From Tubiluchus corallicola (Eukaryota > Animalia > Priapulida): DNA of 64,000 bases. This document shows, piece by piece, positions 40,401-53,535 of this stretch; within the stretch, counting starts at the first letter, position 1; each line of letters starts with the position of its first letter. The notes below the pieces were generated by a model, which was given only the letters and a program-made list of their open reading frames with translations, searched no databases and was not told the DNA's origin. The DNA is taken from the NCBI GenBank assembly GCA_030141605.1, contig JAQGDQ010000331.1, positions 62,001-126,000 on the forward strand, in the 5' to 3' direction. The translations under genes were made by a program, and so were the position numbers.

Positions 40401-43400
40401 CTGTTGTTAGAAAAATTTCATAATGGTACATGTTGAAATGTTCTAGACTATACCAATGAAGGGCTATTTGTATGTTTTTTTTTGTATATGAAAATTGTCT
40501 TTTTAAATAGGAAGAATGAAATTAAAATAACTATAATTTTTTTAAATTAATTTGTTCCCTGTTGAGTATTCAGCATATATTTATCTTCTGCATTTTCCAT
40601 TTTCTGCACACTCTGTAATTTACACATATTTTTTTACATTTAACAAATCTTGCCACTGTTCAATTTAATGAGATGACGTATTTGCACTCAAGTAGATAAT
40701 GTAAAATGTACAGCATAGTTCAAATATTTCTAACTTTATCATTTATTTTGCTCTGATTTTCAAATAATGTTTTTATCATTACATGCAGATGCTCACATAC
40801 ATACTACACTTTAAGATGAGAAAGATCAAACCGATATATGTTGATTTTGCTGTATTTTCACTACATCCATTTATCAACATGCTGAATGTAAGTTGAATGC
40901 TCTAATTCCTGTATGCTGGCATGCTACCAACAGTTTTAGTTTGTCTCGAAGATACAAAATAGATTGTGAATAAGCTGCAGTCCGGAATATTTACAGCTAA
41001 CAAATTTATTTTAACTACTTTGGCCATTATTATTTTTTCTTACTTTTGAAATGTTTGAGATTGATATTCCTCTGTTTAAATTGTTGGATAATTTCTTCAT
41101 AGTGCATCTTAATGGTTTTTCTGATTAAGTAGAATTGAGGCAATGGATCTGGTTAGCTTGTTGGCAATCTTGTGCATTTCTGTTTTAACAAAATGCTTGC
41201 AGTTCTTTCTGTTTTTTTAAATACCAAATATAGCTTTTTTGATGTGAGTACCAGGTGGCTTGTGTAGATTTCCTCAGTGTTAGGTGGAGGAGTTAAGGCA
41301 AAGTGATTTTATTGAAATGAAACCAGAGAGTAGTGTCAAAAATGTATTTGACATCGATTGACTTGTTTAGATGATGTATAAAAACAATAAATACACAACA
41401 TTGAGAGACACTAGTGTACAGAAAACTACCGTTGACCTGGCAATATTTGGACACTGTACTGATACTGGTTTTGCCAAAATGATAGATCATAGATACAGTA
41501 GCATTCAAAGATCATATTTCATGAAACTTCGTGTTGCTGCAAGATTTATTTGGGTAAGTTCAGTTAATAGCACAAAAATATTTTGTACTGTAATACAGCA
41601 TTATACAGTGTTTCTATCATTTTAAACAATGTGGTAGGAGCTGTTGTAACTGTATGTTGTCTTAGAGTTCAACATGTGATCTGTAAAATACAAATAGTTA
41701 TGTATGACATACTGCACATACGAATGCAGAGTTCTGTTTGTACCGAACTCGGAATGTTGTTATTCGCAGGTCCAGAATGCACTAACCTGCTAATCTTTGA
41801 CTTTTTCAACTCCTGTCAATAATGTTTACTACATGACATGAAATATTTATTTTTTCTAAATTTTAAATTGTATTAACAGAAGCATGAAGTCTGCTTCCTG
41901 AATGTGAAAATTTACACATGTTGTACTTTATTATAATACCTAGCTCTTCAACTACACAACTATTTTTAACCTACTTGTACACTTATATATGTATTCCTAA
42001 GGTAACTACAATATGCAAAACCTTCAAAATGACATTATACAAGCATTCAACTGCAAAAGGTACATTGAAAAGAACTGATATTCAAGGCATGCACACAAAT
42101 GCTCAGTACTCACACACTTTTGTTGAACAATTCCAGCCTGATATTGACTTATCTAACAATTCAACATTATTTCCTTAGTTATGTGTAGTGAAATGTGCCT
42201 AGACTGGAGGGCATAATTTTTCATGTCACATCATCAATAACAGCAGACGGCTAATTAATGTGCTGTGGAAAAAACCATTTTAAAAGAGTCAATTGCTGTT
42301 TTCACTTTCAAAGGAGTAAACAAATGGTTCCCACAACCATTGATGGTGTGACAAATTCGGATTTCGTTTGAACTAACTAAAGGATATTTAATTATTGTTT
42401 GATTTATTTTATTAGCTTTAATCAACAGATCACTGCATTAATTTTGTAGATGGTATCTAGAGGTCAAGCTGCAATTAAATCTGCTAGAGCAATGTTGGCA
42501 AAACTGTGCATAGATCAGACATTGACAGAGCCATTGGTTTTATATTGTTCCATACAGGAAAATTTTAAATACGGCTATGGAGTGAGTATCACTTTTTATG
42601 TTTAGGTGGAAAGTTTAATCACTTAACATTTTCTTTATTTTTAAACACACTTGTTTGCTGCAGTCTACATTAATGTCCATGTAACTACATTTTAGATGTC
42701 ATCAGCACTGACACATAAATGACTTAGTGGCTCATTTTTATCACCAGCTAAAATTTTCTGTACTGAATTGATATGAACTGAAATTGCAAAATGATTAATT
42801 CACTGTTTTGTTAAAAGTTGTGTATGTCAACAATAAAAACTGTGGTGAACGAAAAAACTTCATAAATTCTTCCAGAATTTTGCTGATCATTTTTGTTAGT
42901 AATTGCTAGTTGACATGATAAGAATCACAATTGTGTCATTATCTTATGAATGATTTTGTAATTTTTATCTTTGTTGGTTTAGATTTGGTTTCAGCATTTA
43001 TTCTGTTCAGCTAGTTCTGCATTTTGGTCTTCAATGATCAGGAGAATTCTTGCTGATGGCACAAATGGTAACTGCACTTAGTCTATTTAGTCTCTACATG
43101 GCCAGCAGCTATAACAGGGAAGTCATGTGTGCATTGTGATTGCCAATATAGAATACAAATTTCTCCACTGTTACTGAGAGCCCGTTTTTGAAGCAGTATC
43201 ACAAACATTGATACATTAGCCATGGTTTAGGTTTGTGAGATCTAATCCAAAATGTAACAGCAAGCATAAGTATAAATTTCCAGTGTCTGTTAAAACAAAA
43301 ATATTCTTTGTTAAGTGAAAAAAGACGTGGTAATAATTATTGTTAGTCGCCATTTAGATGTATACTAAATGCGTACTTAACTGTATTTTAAAAAGGTTAT

Positions 43401-46400
43401 CTTTATAAACAGTAATAATACTGCAGTTGTTATCCTACTTAAATTAATAAATCTAGCTTGTTTTTACCTGAAATCTGTTCAGCTTTTAGTGTTTTATGAA
43501 TGCTGTAGATTATAGGTCATCTTTTTATATGTATTTCCTCTTCTTTAACTAATTCATACTTGACACATATGTTTGATTAAATAAATATTTCATTTAGAGG
43601 CAACAAACGAAATTATGTCTGATGTTGCTTGCTTGCTGTCTAACTGTTCTGGTGTTATCAGTGCAGATGTACCTACGGCAATACAGGTAATATTCTCATC
43701 ATTTTTGTTTTAAATACTTTTCTTTTAATCATTTTAACTGACTGTTTTATTTGATAGTGACTTAATTGCTGTAAGTGCAAGACTCGCACATACATGTGTA
43801 TACAAGCACGCTTATTGTTCCATTTCATTTGAATTTTTTAAAGCCTAATAGCATAACATTTCTTACTAGCAAAATGCTGGGTATCAATAAATGTAAATCC
43901 AATGGCATGTAATTTCAAGTAAAAAGCTTCTTTTTATTTGAATCTTATATATTTGAAGTAATTTATTGCATTATAACTTGTTGTGAATAGGATTTGGCAG
44001 AAACAATTGCTAAATGTGACAGAAAAGCCGTTTTTACATCATTGAACAAAGAAAAGGCACTGGAGTGGCTGATATCTGCAGAAAGTGGGGAAGCAAAAAG
44101 CAAGTTTGGTGAATTTATCAATAAACATGGTCATCGTTGTGTAAGAGAGGTAACAGGCTACTGAATTATTAACACAAGCTGGACTCTTATAATATAAATA
44201 ACTCTTACTTTTATTTGTAGCATTTTCAAATAAGCAAAATGTAAACAAGCAATTTTGCAACCTTGTTTTGCAGCAAAATGAATAATTGTGTAGCATTCAA
44301 AGTCTTTACCTTTACTTTGCAAATTTTAGATAAGTTTGTTTATTTTTCATTATACAGCAAGTTCTCTACTTAACGACTGTAACACATACTAGCAAAACAC
44401 GACATTAAGCGAAACACAAGTATGCCATTGCCGGTAAACAGTTTGAAGCCCTGCTTAGCAAGTTGCACTTTGCACTACACACTCAGATACTAAAGCTAAG
44501 CCTCGGTTGCTAGGCCAGGCCAATTTCGTCTACACACTGGTTTCTATAGCAACAGGTTGTATGAGTAGACTCCCAGTCTTCAGCTGTTGGCTTCAGGGAT
44601 TGTTGTTCACATCAATGCAAGATACTTAAATTGACAACAAGTTTTCTGATCCTCTAGGGTGGAAGATACCAGTATTACTGCAGCAGACTTCTGCCTTAAA
44701 ATATAAATAATGTAGTTTTAGGTTATTAGCAGCTTTTTTAGAACAGAATAACAAGAAGCAGTGTTTTAGTGCTTCAAAATCAGGTAAAAAACTTGCTAAA
44801 ATAAAAAATTGCTTTAAACAAGGTCATAATATTAGCGTTAATATGAAACATGCGTTGTTAAATGAGAAAAAGGTGTCAAGTGATCAGCATCTTTAAAAAG
44901 AAACATTGCTACACAGTTTGATAGTCGTTAAGCGAAGACATAACGACTTAAGGATGGTATATTAATGCAGAGACCCATCAGAGTGAGAGTAAGTTAGCCA
45001 ACAGGCATTTAGCAATTTTATGATGGCTTACTAGCAAGCAATAATAGTTGCAAAGATTTTATGGAACAGGCTCTTTGAGGCACAGGTTCTCTTAAACACC
45101 ACAGCTCCCGCTGGCGGAGCCAAGGGATTCGGTGCTAAACTTTACCCTGTTTATGCGTTGTTACTGAGGAAATCCTTGTTAGTTTCTTTCCTCCTCTTAG
45201 TAATATTCTTAAATTCAGCGCGTCATTGCACCCAATATGAGGTCGAAAGAGGTGTACACACAAATGCGCATGCTTGTTCATCAATCTTGTGTAACATTCT
45301 GCACCAGTTGAGATGGACGGATATCTACTCTTGAGGTGACATCGAGACTGATTGATAGCATCCATATCACTGCAGCCAGGCTGCGATTTTTCAGCCAACC
45401 TTGAGGCTGATGCAGGCTCTTGTCTCTTGGTTATTTGCATCTTGCTTTTTTGGCCGCCAGCGTAATTTTCTACAAAACTAGAAAGTAAATATTATTACGT
45501 ATTTGTTGCATTAATCCAGATTAAACATGTATATTTTGCACGTGCCATTTCCAAGCTGAAATAGCACATTGAATATGCGAGGTGAATAATTATATTTTTG
45601 TACTACTCTCTGACATGACTTTAGGGTGAGCTAAGAGAAAAGCCTTGGAGAGATGCTCCATTGCAACTAATTCCAGTCTTACAGGTTAGTTTCAATTAAA
45701 GCTTTCTAATACTTCAGGACATTTTAACCAGACATACTTTTGTGACATATAAGCAAACAATATAACAATATATTTCTCGTTTGACAACTCAGTTTTTTAT
45801 GATTGAAAGTTTTATTATTGTTTAGTGTGTATTAAGATCATAAAAGTTTAAAATGATATGAGATAAGTTCGCAAAAAATTGTCAAACATGGTTGACAGAC
45901 TTTAAAGCACGTTATGTACAACTCTTTTAATGTTACGTTATGTCACAGTTATAAAGAGGCAGTTCTAATAAAGCTTTTAGAACGGTTAATTAAGCTTAAA
46001 TTATATCAGGTATTATTAATAATCTTTATATGTGCTGGTCAGACATGTGCCTAAGACCAGGGTAGTCAAGAGCAAGATCATTCCCTAAGACCACAAGATG
46101 AAGACCTACTATTTAAATACTTCATTGTCAGAGACTGAGACCAAAACCGAAAACTGCAATTTCACAGAAGGCAACTTTAGGCAAAGCAATAATTCCCAAA
46201 AATGAATTCCCAAAAGCATTAAAAACAACCAAATTTGGCAACATTAGGCTGCTAGTACTGCTGTGTGAACTTGAAATGCGCTGCCTTTTTCAATGTCTAT
46301 GCCTTCTGCTGTCTTTTGAAAATTAATATTTCGGCTGAATGACACTATCGCACCAGGAGTTGAGTTTTAAATTCCATTATTACATTGTGCTGACCAAGCC

Positions 46401-49400
46401 TTTGTTGCAGCTATGAAGTTGTTAAATGTAAATTTCAAGATACGTGGTTTAGACTTCATGTTTATTCTCCGATTTGACTATTTTTACCCAAGTCCACTAA
46501 CTTGCCATAAAATGAGAAATTTCAAGAAACTCCCCAATTAGTTTGTTAGCTAGTATTATACAGTGTTGTTAGCAATCATGAAAAGATTTATTACGATCAC
46601 GATCGATTTTCACAGCTGGCTACAATACCAATCATGATGATTCACAAATTAAAGCAAATTGGAATTTTTGTTTACATTTGTTGTATTTGTGTTTACTTGT
46701 TCTAGACTTTACCATAGCCATAGGCTTTACCAACATTGTCAGATTAGCCCAGTCTTTCATTTTCGAAAGAATGCATTTTCGTAATTTACTGTGTTTCCAT
46801 TATCTGAAACTTGTGTAATTTGTGCATAATGTAATTGTGTTTCTATATCTTGTGTACATTATTGTATGGGTTGTTTTTTGTATTGGTCATGTGTTTTTAT
46901 CTGAAACCACTGCAAGTGCATTTTGCCTGCTGGCTAAATCTTAACATAACTGTAACATAATTTTGACTAGTCAGGGCTTGCACTATTACAATAGCATTAT
47001 TCCCATTGCAATTCTGACAACGTATACCACATGTGTTTGGTAATTATTTTTATCATATCAAAATTAAGTATTAGGAAAAATTTACTAGGAATTCTGAAAA
47101 TTTCTTTCAAGGTTGAAAAGAAATTGTCACAAAAGTGATCGCTTAGTATTATGATGTAATCACGATCAACGATTACATTTTAAAAAATGTTGCAATCATT
47201 TGTGCAATCACAGAATTTGATCGCGATACTGATCACGATTATATTTGATTACGATCATTGCAGCCCTGGTATTTTGACAAAATGCTACTAAGCAAGTTTA
47301 CCTATTGTGTGATCAAATTAACTGCATTTTACAGTAATTGGTACAAATTGCGAGACCGAGACTCGACCAGTCTTGAATGCTACATTTCTGGTGTTGATGT
47401 ATATGGAAATAGAATATTTTCATTTTTATAGACTGCAGTAAAATCTGGTGGTAAAAAGGAAAGGAAGTTGTGTGGCATAAATGAAGCCATCGATAAAGTA
47501 AAGTCTCCATTAACTTCCATGGCAAAGTAAGCAAACAATGGTAAAATACTTATCAAATCCAGCATGCTGTAAAATGTACAGCAGTTGGTAGAAGAAGTAG
47601 TGAATTTGTTTAATTTTCGTTAACCTGCAGTGCACCTGTCCACTTATTGTCACAGTTGGGTTGCTGACACAACTGTCAATAATTATTTTCTTATATAATA
47701 TAGCTGCTTAATTTAAAAAAATTATAACCTTAAAAAACTCTGCTGGTTTTTTGGTCCCTGTTATATGGTCCAATTTGATGGTGTTTTTTGAATTTTCTTT
47801 ACTGTAGGAAAAAGTTGAAGTGGTTTGTGCCTAGAGCAAGGCGAGCAGTAGCAGCACGGGAAGCTACCAAGGAAATGGGCGTCAAATGTGTTGATATTTT
47901 TCGTGCTGCATTTAACAGACTTGCAGATGTAATGGTTGCAGAAGTAAGTGTATTGCGATTAACTGCGAAGCCTAACACACTTTTCTACTCATGGGCTTGC
48001 TTGCAAATTCGAAGTTGATACCCCCTATTTCAGTTCCACTTTGCAAACTTCAGAAATCATAGACCTCTGGTGGCTTCTCTGAGCAAATACTCTAAGTATG
48101 TTAACGTATGATTCTAGTGTAACATTTATCTGAGATACTGTGCTTTCATTTCGTTGTAATTAATTCGTGTTGTCGTTCTATTCTCAATGCACTGATTGCC
48201 TTTCAGGTCATAGTGCAAAATTCTTGTTTATTTATATCTTTTGTCTTGATTTATTATTTCCTTTTGTCTTTAGTCAAGGATTCCTGATTCGGATCTCATT
48301 TTCTTCTTTTCGTTCTCCGAGATTGGCTTGCTGTTGAGAACACGATCTGCCAAACTTGTGAAGAAGTAAGTTTTTGAAGCAATTTGTATCCTAGAAAGTT
48401 GGGATACATCATCTTAACGATAAGAGCTACCTAATAGGTGGTTGTTGCAGGACTGGACCTAGATGCTTATCAAGGAGAATTTTGTAAGATGAGGCCCTGA
48501 ACCAACCGAGGTATTTCAGCCAATGTGTATACATCTCTTTCGATGAGATAACTTTTCAATGGCAGTATACAGCTCAATCGTCTAGAAGCACTTTTTATAG
48601 CAATTGCCTCTCATTTACTAAAGAGGTAATTCTTATATACCGTAATCTGTTTAAAGCCATTGTAGTTAATAGGTGTACTGTTGTTAATGTCGTGTTACTA
48701 TAATTACATTTATTCATTAAAATGTCCTGTTATTTTCTGCCAGTTTTCTGAATTTTATATTGCTGTGTTGCTGTACTTCTCAAAAACACTTATAAGTTAC
48801 AAAATGGTACCTGTTTGAGTTAAACTGATGCAAATTTAAGTTACTGCTTTCTAAAATAAAAAAAATTGACAAGGACTTTTTTTAACAGGGCACTGCGAAG
48901 AAGAAAAATGTTGCCAACTTTTATGGATCTTGAATTTCCTTTAATCAGCCGTGGTTATCCACAGCCGGTATGTTACCATATCGTTAATAATAATATACTG
49001 TTAATGTATGAAGTATTTGACTGTTTTAATGAAAATATAGTCTTTTATCCAGAGTCATTGTCTTTGCTTTGGGTAATTTGTTAATCGGGCAATTCACACA
49101 AATCAATAAATAAATTCGCTTTCGAGGATCTAAACTTTTTTTACTTAAAAAAATGTGAAATCATTGGCTGTTAGTGTAATTTTTAGTAGTAAAAGTTATT
49201 TATAAGATATGCTGCAGTGGGAAGATTCAACTACCAATCTGGGTCTTGCAATATTTCTAATGTTGGAACTTCTAGCATAAGATAGAGGCATTGAGTGTGT
49301 AAAGAATTAGAGACTCATTTTATGGGAATTTTATCTCAGAATTAATAAAACAACTAGAAGCATCTATTTTAATATTATGTATTAAAATTAAGACAAAAAA

Positions 49401-50693
49401 CAGATATTGCGGTAGTCATTAATCATTTTAATAGATAATATTGAAATATATCCTTCTAGTTATTTTATTTTTTCTAAGAATTAGAGACTTGGTTAATTTG
49501 GCAGCTTGTATTTCTAAGGTGGTTATTTTTTCATTTTAACATGTTGTTTAATTTAGACATTAACCCTTAAATGGGAGGTGGGCTCCTGTGAATTATGTGC
49601 CTTAGTACTCAGTCACATTATAGATTCATGGTCAGTCAGGCCTTATATTTCAGATTGAAGAATATTCTGAAGGTGATATGGTTTCTTATGCAACAAAAAC
49701 AAAGATAGTTGGTAAGTTATCAAATGCTCTAGAAGTAAAAGTGTGAGTGAGAACATATGAATGTAATGCTGTGTGCAGTCAGCTGCAACTGTAATGATTT
49801 GCAAGTGACCATCACCTGAAAGTGATAGACATATTAGAAAGGTATTTTATCACTTTGGACTTTTTAAGTAATTTGTTAAACTATAGAATGGTGCACTTTG
49901 TGATCAGTTATTTAATTATGTTGATGTTCAAACCCAGTCTAACTTAGTTTTTGTAGCCAATTCTTCTAGAATGCCAGGACTGTGACTTCATTGTATATGC
50001 TTGAAAATTGAAATTAATTATTTTTCAGGTATGCCAGTCAGCCATGGTAAATGTCAAGGCAAATGTCGTGTTGTAACTTCATTAGAAGAAGCTGTACACA
50101 TAAAAGTTTGTGTTTATTATTAACTGTTGTTATATTAGCGGATTTTATGTGCATTGTCACTTCTATTATAAATATTGAACCTATGACTTTTTTGCAATTT
50201 CGTATACGTAACTTGCAAAATAAGTAAATGCATTTTGTATGTTTTTCCAGCATGTTTTCTTGTTTCTAGGCAGGAGAAATTCTGATAACTGAAATTACGG
50301 ACATAGGATGGTCACCATACTTTACATTACTTGCTGGCTTAGTCACAGAAAAAGGTGGTTTACTTTCACATGGAGCTGTGGTAGCTAGAGAATATTCCTT
50401 ACCATGCATAGTCAGTGCTAAAGGCGTGCTTGTTGCTTTGAAAACTGGTATGTTACATTGTTAAGCTGTATTAAACATTTTTAGTGCAGTTTGTGTTAAG
50501 TTGTCTGTTTTTCCAATAAGAATACTTATGAGTTATTGGCATGAACTTATTGTGAAGCAAAATATAAAACAGTCTTATATGGAACTTTCGTTTGTGTTTT
50601 ACAGGTGATGAAGTAATATTAAATGGGACCACGGGAACCATAGAAAAACTGGTGAAAATAAATCAAGCGAGTGAAGCACCCACAGGCAAGTGA
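22489..50693 (+). CDS. Paralog 2 (complete, 34 exons, ~1349 aa): membrane-anchored PEP-synthase/PPDK-family phosphotransferase, rifampicin phosphotransferase/PigC/YvkC-like. Order: N-terminal hydrophobic anchor, beta-rich domain, ATP-grasp, helical domain, swivel phospho-His domain
   Basis: Exons: 22489-22597, 25023-25192, 25654-25743, 26451-26617, 27626-27691, 28129-28248 (GC donor), 28827-29045, 30865-30992 (GC donor), 33243-33393, 34675-34742, 34831-34952, 35654-35763, 36287-36518, 36631-36695, 37462-37609, 37763-37880, 38007-38113, 39914-40092, 40303-40372, 40789-40887, 41371-41553, 42450-42581, 42983-43067, 43598-43686, 43991-44149, 45625-45684, 47432-47526, 47808-47943, 48274-48365, 48889-48967, 49654-49711, 50029-50105, 50270-50447, 50605-50693. 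Sum 4050 nt; all phases match and there is no internal stop. ATP-grasp motifs: VGGKG, VRSSAVGED, KCWAS, IQEMV, AGVLFTRDP, GLGEAVVSG, DIEFA, LLQARPIT. His domain: GGLLSHGAVVAREY. N-terminus MSAVVFLSLAIILIFAAYGIYCIA is hydrophobic. Confidence 0.9.
24113..24550 (+). repeat. ~440-bp direct repeat, copy 2 (intron 1 of paralog 2)
   Basis: Co-linear with 20801-21262, with scattered substitutions and indels. Confidence 0.9.
31753..32729. mobile_element. Possible decayed pogo/Tigger-like non-autonomous element
   Basis: TA-flanked start cagtaggcgcctcttagactca weakly matches the reverse complement of the end (tagtccgcgtcttaatactca); interior is richer in CpG. Confidence 0.3.
38399..39080 (+). mobile_element. 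Decayed LINE 3' fragment (Rex1/Babar- or L2/CR1-like RT C-terminus) in a paralog 2 intron
   Basis: Frameshifted pieces ANNLVLSSSKTKELI, VEIRDEVKYL, FLRYLRSL...FYKSTIESVIYY, EKVIG and NPAHPL occur in the order expected for the post-YADD RT thumb region. Boundaries are approximate. Confidence 0.6.
46561..47268. mobile_element. Possible hAT-like MITE
   Basis: Ends cagtgttg... and ...cagccctg. Clusters of gattac/gatcac(g) motifs near both ends. Flanks gtattata and gtattttg resemble a degenerate 8-bp TSD. Confidence 0.35.
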
Positions 50694-50863
50694 TCTTACT
50701 CAGATCGGCAGATGTCAGTTAACCAGTACTGGTCCGTCTTGCAATGGCCAATCGACTCTTCTTTTGTCTTCTCATCTAACTGGTTGCTGTTGTGTAACAA
50801 GAAACTCACAAACAGACGTGAAGCATGTATTGAAATACACTGTTAGAGTTAACGTCAAGTTTG

Positions 50864-50864
<1 letters not shown>

Positions 50865-50896
<32 letters not shown>

Positions 50897-50901
50897 GATT
50901 A

Positions 50902-50944
<43 letters not shown>

Positions 50945-51125
50945 CATTATCATTATCATTATCATTATCATTATCATTATCATTATCATTATCATTATCA
51001 TTATCATTATCATTATCATTATCATTATCATTATCATTATCATTATCATTATCATTATCATTATCATTATCATTATCATTATCATTATCATTATCATTAT
51101 CATTATCATTATCATTATCATTATC

Positions 51126-51160
<35 letters not shown>

Positions 51161-51218
51161 CATTATCATTATTATTGTTGTTGTTGTTGTTGTTGTTGTT
51201 GTTATTATTATTATTGTT
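50865..51218. repeat. Compound (ATT)n-(ATCATT)n-(GTT)n microsatellite
   Basis: Seen directly; source of the spurious HY, ND and poly-I ORFs. Confidence 0.98.
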
Positions 51219-53356
51219 GCACAAGTCATTCAACATTTCTGCAACTAAAATTTGCTTAGCATTGAAACAGAAACATTATAATGATGAAACATTGTGCTTG
51301 GGTAATAGCAATGCAAACGTATAGAGCCCGGAAAGGTCAGATTTTTCTCCAAGTTTCTCCAAGCCAAAAAACTTAAACTTGCTGTTAAATTAATCTTCTC
51401 CCACCCTGGGAGACACCATGAGTTTAACCATTTCAAATTAAAACCCTACCTGTCTCAAGGTAATTAATTTCTTATTTTTTTAAATTAACTTTTATGTTGT
51501 TACAAGAGATTGCCAAATACTAATCTACAACATGAACTAGTACTTAATGTTTGTTAAGGTTGAACATTCAGTATTTGAAACACCTCTTAATTATTACATT
51601 CATAATGTTTGTGTTGTTTAAACCCATGGTGCTTACATCTGTCTTTGAGACTGATCGTGTGTAAGACACCAAGGGCACATTAAAAAACAATAATTTCAGA
51701 ACAAGTTTATACAGGAATTGACATTTTTCATTAATGCCTGCGCTTTGGTTGTAGGTTAACTCAATGTTTAATCTTTCACACAAAATCTTTATATAATTTT
51801 GAGTCTTTTTGCGTCATTTTGTTGACATTTTCTTGTAATTCGGTAAGTACATAACAGTGATAGATTATCTGGAATAATTGCCACCAAGGAGCTTGTATTC
51901 TTCATGTTTTTTTCTGATTTGCCAATAGATTTTATGTTTTAGAAGTTAGCTGTCAGCCAGTAAGATTTTGTGAAACTGGGCTGCTTCGCCTGGGTTTAGT
52001 ATGCACTGTCAAACTGTCTTTTGGGTTTCTATCATTTAAAAAGTAACTAATTTCTCAGTAGGCCTAGCACTATAAGCTATCCTATTCAAATTCACCGTAA
52101 GAATCTGACACTGAAAATTGAAATGAATGTCTGGCTAACTAATCCTACACAATTACAGAACTGTTGTTGCATTCCTATATCAAACTGAGGAGACTATTTA
52201 TTGTCAAGTGATTTATCATTATTGTCTCTACTGAAAACAGTGTGTAGGTATCCATCGATCATAAATACCTTAGTCTTTTAAAGCACAGCATAACTTCATA
52301 TTTGTTAAGCACAGTGTAAAAAGTAAATCTATTCATAATTGTGTAAAATTTTCTGGCAACGAGTATCTAAATAACATAACACTGGACTTTAAATATCTCA
52401 CCAAAAGAAAATGTTGGAGTTATTTTTATTCAATGCAAGGTTTGTGAAAGTGAAATTTGTTTCTCTGCACAGCGCCTGCAGCTACAGCTCGTCAATATAA
52501 TGTAGACGAAGTTCATGGTATGAACAGTGTGGACAATAAGATAGAAGAAGTTGAAAGAGAAAACAGCAGTGATATGGAGAGTCCAATAAAGAATAGTGAA
52601 ACTCATGGTGATGTGAATAATGTGTAAATGCTTTTATAATTATTTTCTTAGCTTGGATCTTCTTTAGTTTAAGCCTTAGAGGTCCCACATTTCTCACACA
52701 TATTTTTAAAAATACAGACCCATTGGGCAATGGCTGAATAATACGTGGTTAGGTGTTGTTAAACTGTGTGAGCCTTTGCTGGTACCACCTGTCAATATTG
52801 CAACCTGCTTCTTTATAATTATTGTTTTTTAAGCTGAAGCTTTAAAATGTGAAATGTAAATGTTGTTATCATTATTGTATGTAAATTACTAACTTGTAAA
52901 GTGTCTACTGTAGTCTGTCATTTCAACTAACAATAGACCATTAATAAGTACAGGTATACTATGCCACAGCTGTAAAGCGGTATTTTAATATCTTGCCACA
53001 TTGCTTAGGCCTATTTTGCTTTTATTTTCCTGAGAAAATGTTCTCAGCTGATACGTAAAAAATTTACATATTTTTTGTCCTCCTTTTGTAATTTACATGT
53101 TTCCCAATTCATAAGCATTAAACAACATTGGCTATACACCACTTTTTCACATTATGTGTCAATTACTAACTTCTTAACTAGTGCATAATTGGTGTGCATA
53201 AGCGTCATTTATTTTTTTGTTGGTCCCTATCATAATTCTATTGTCAGATTTTCGACTGATAACCAGAATAACGTAACAATAGTTCTTGAAAATCTAGCAC
53301 CTTGAAAAACCTGTTAAATTAGCATACAAGTATTATTAGGTCACATGGTTGATAAA

Positions 53357-53535
53357 AAATGCTGTACATCTAAGGACAGTCTGGTAAGTAAACTGGTTTG
53401 TTGCAAGTACTTGATTATCTTAATTAATTACTAATAGTAGATATAGTAGATTTACTTCTAGTAAATAATTAAGATAATCAAATACTTGCAACGAACCAGT
53501 TTACTTACCAGACTATCCTTAGATGTACAGCATTT
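53357..53535. repeat. Long inverted repeat (~85-bp arms, short loop)
   Basis: aaatgctgtacatctaaggacagtctggtaagtaaactggtttgttgcaagtacttgattatcttaatta... is the near-perfect reverse complement of ...taattaagataatcaaatacttgcaacgaaccagtttacttaccagactatccttagatgtacagcattt. Confidence 0.92.

Noticed and set aside
1710-50693. Bacterial contamination or a recent HGT antibiotic-resistance gene
   Set aside because: Dozens of spliceosomal introns shared between paralogs, host-like composition, and linkage to SMPDL3 and LINEs. Rifampicin activity is not implied by the sequence.
50772-51259. ORFs of poly-HY, ND, IM and I
   Set aside because: Translations of a microsatellite. The same applies to the HT, CV and ER repeat ORFs elsewhere.
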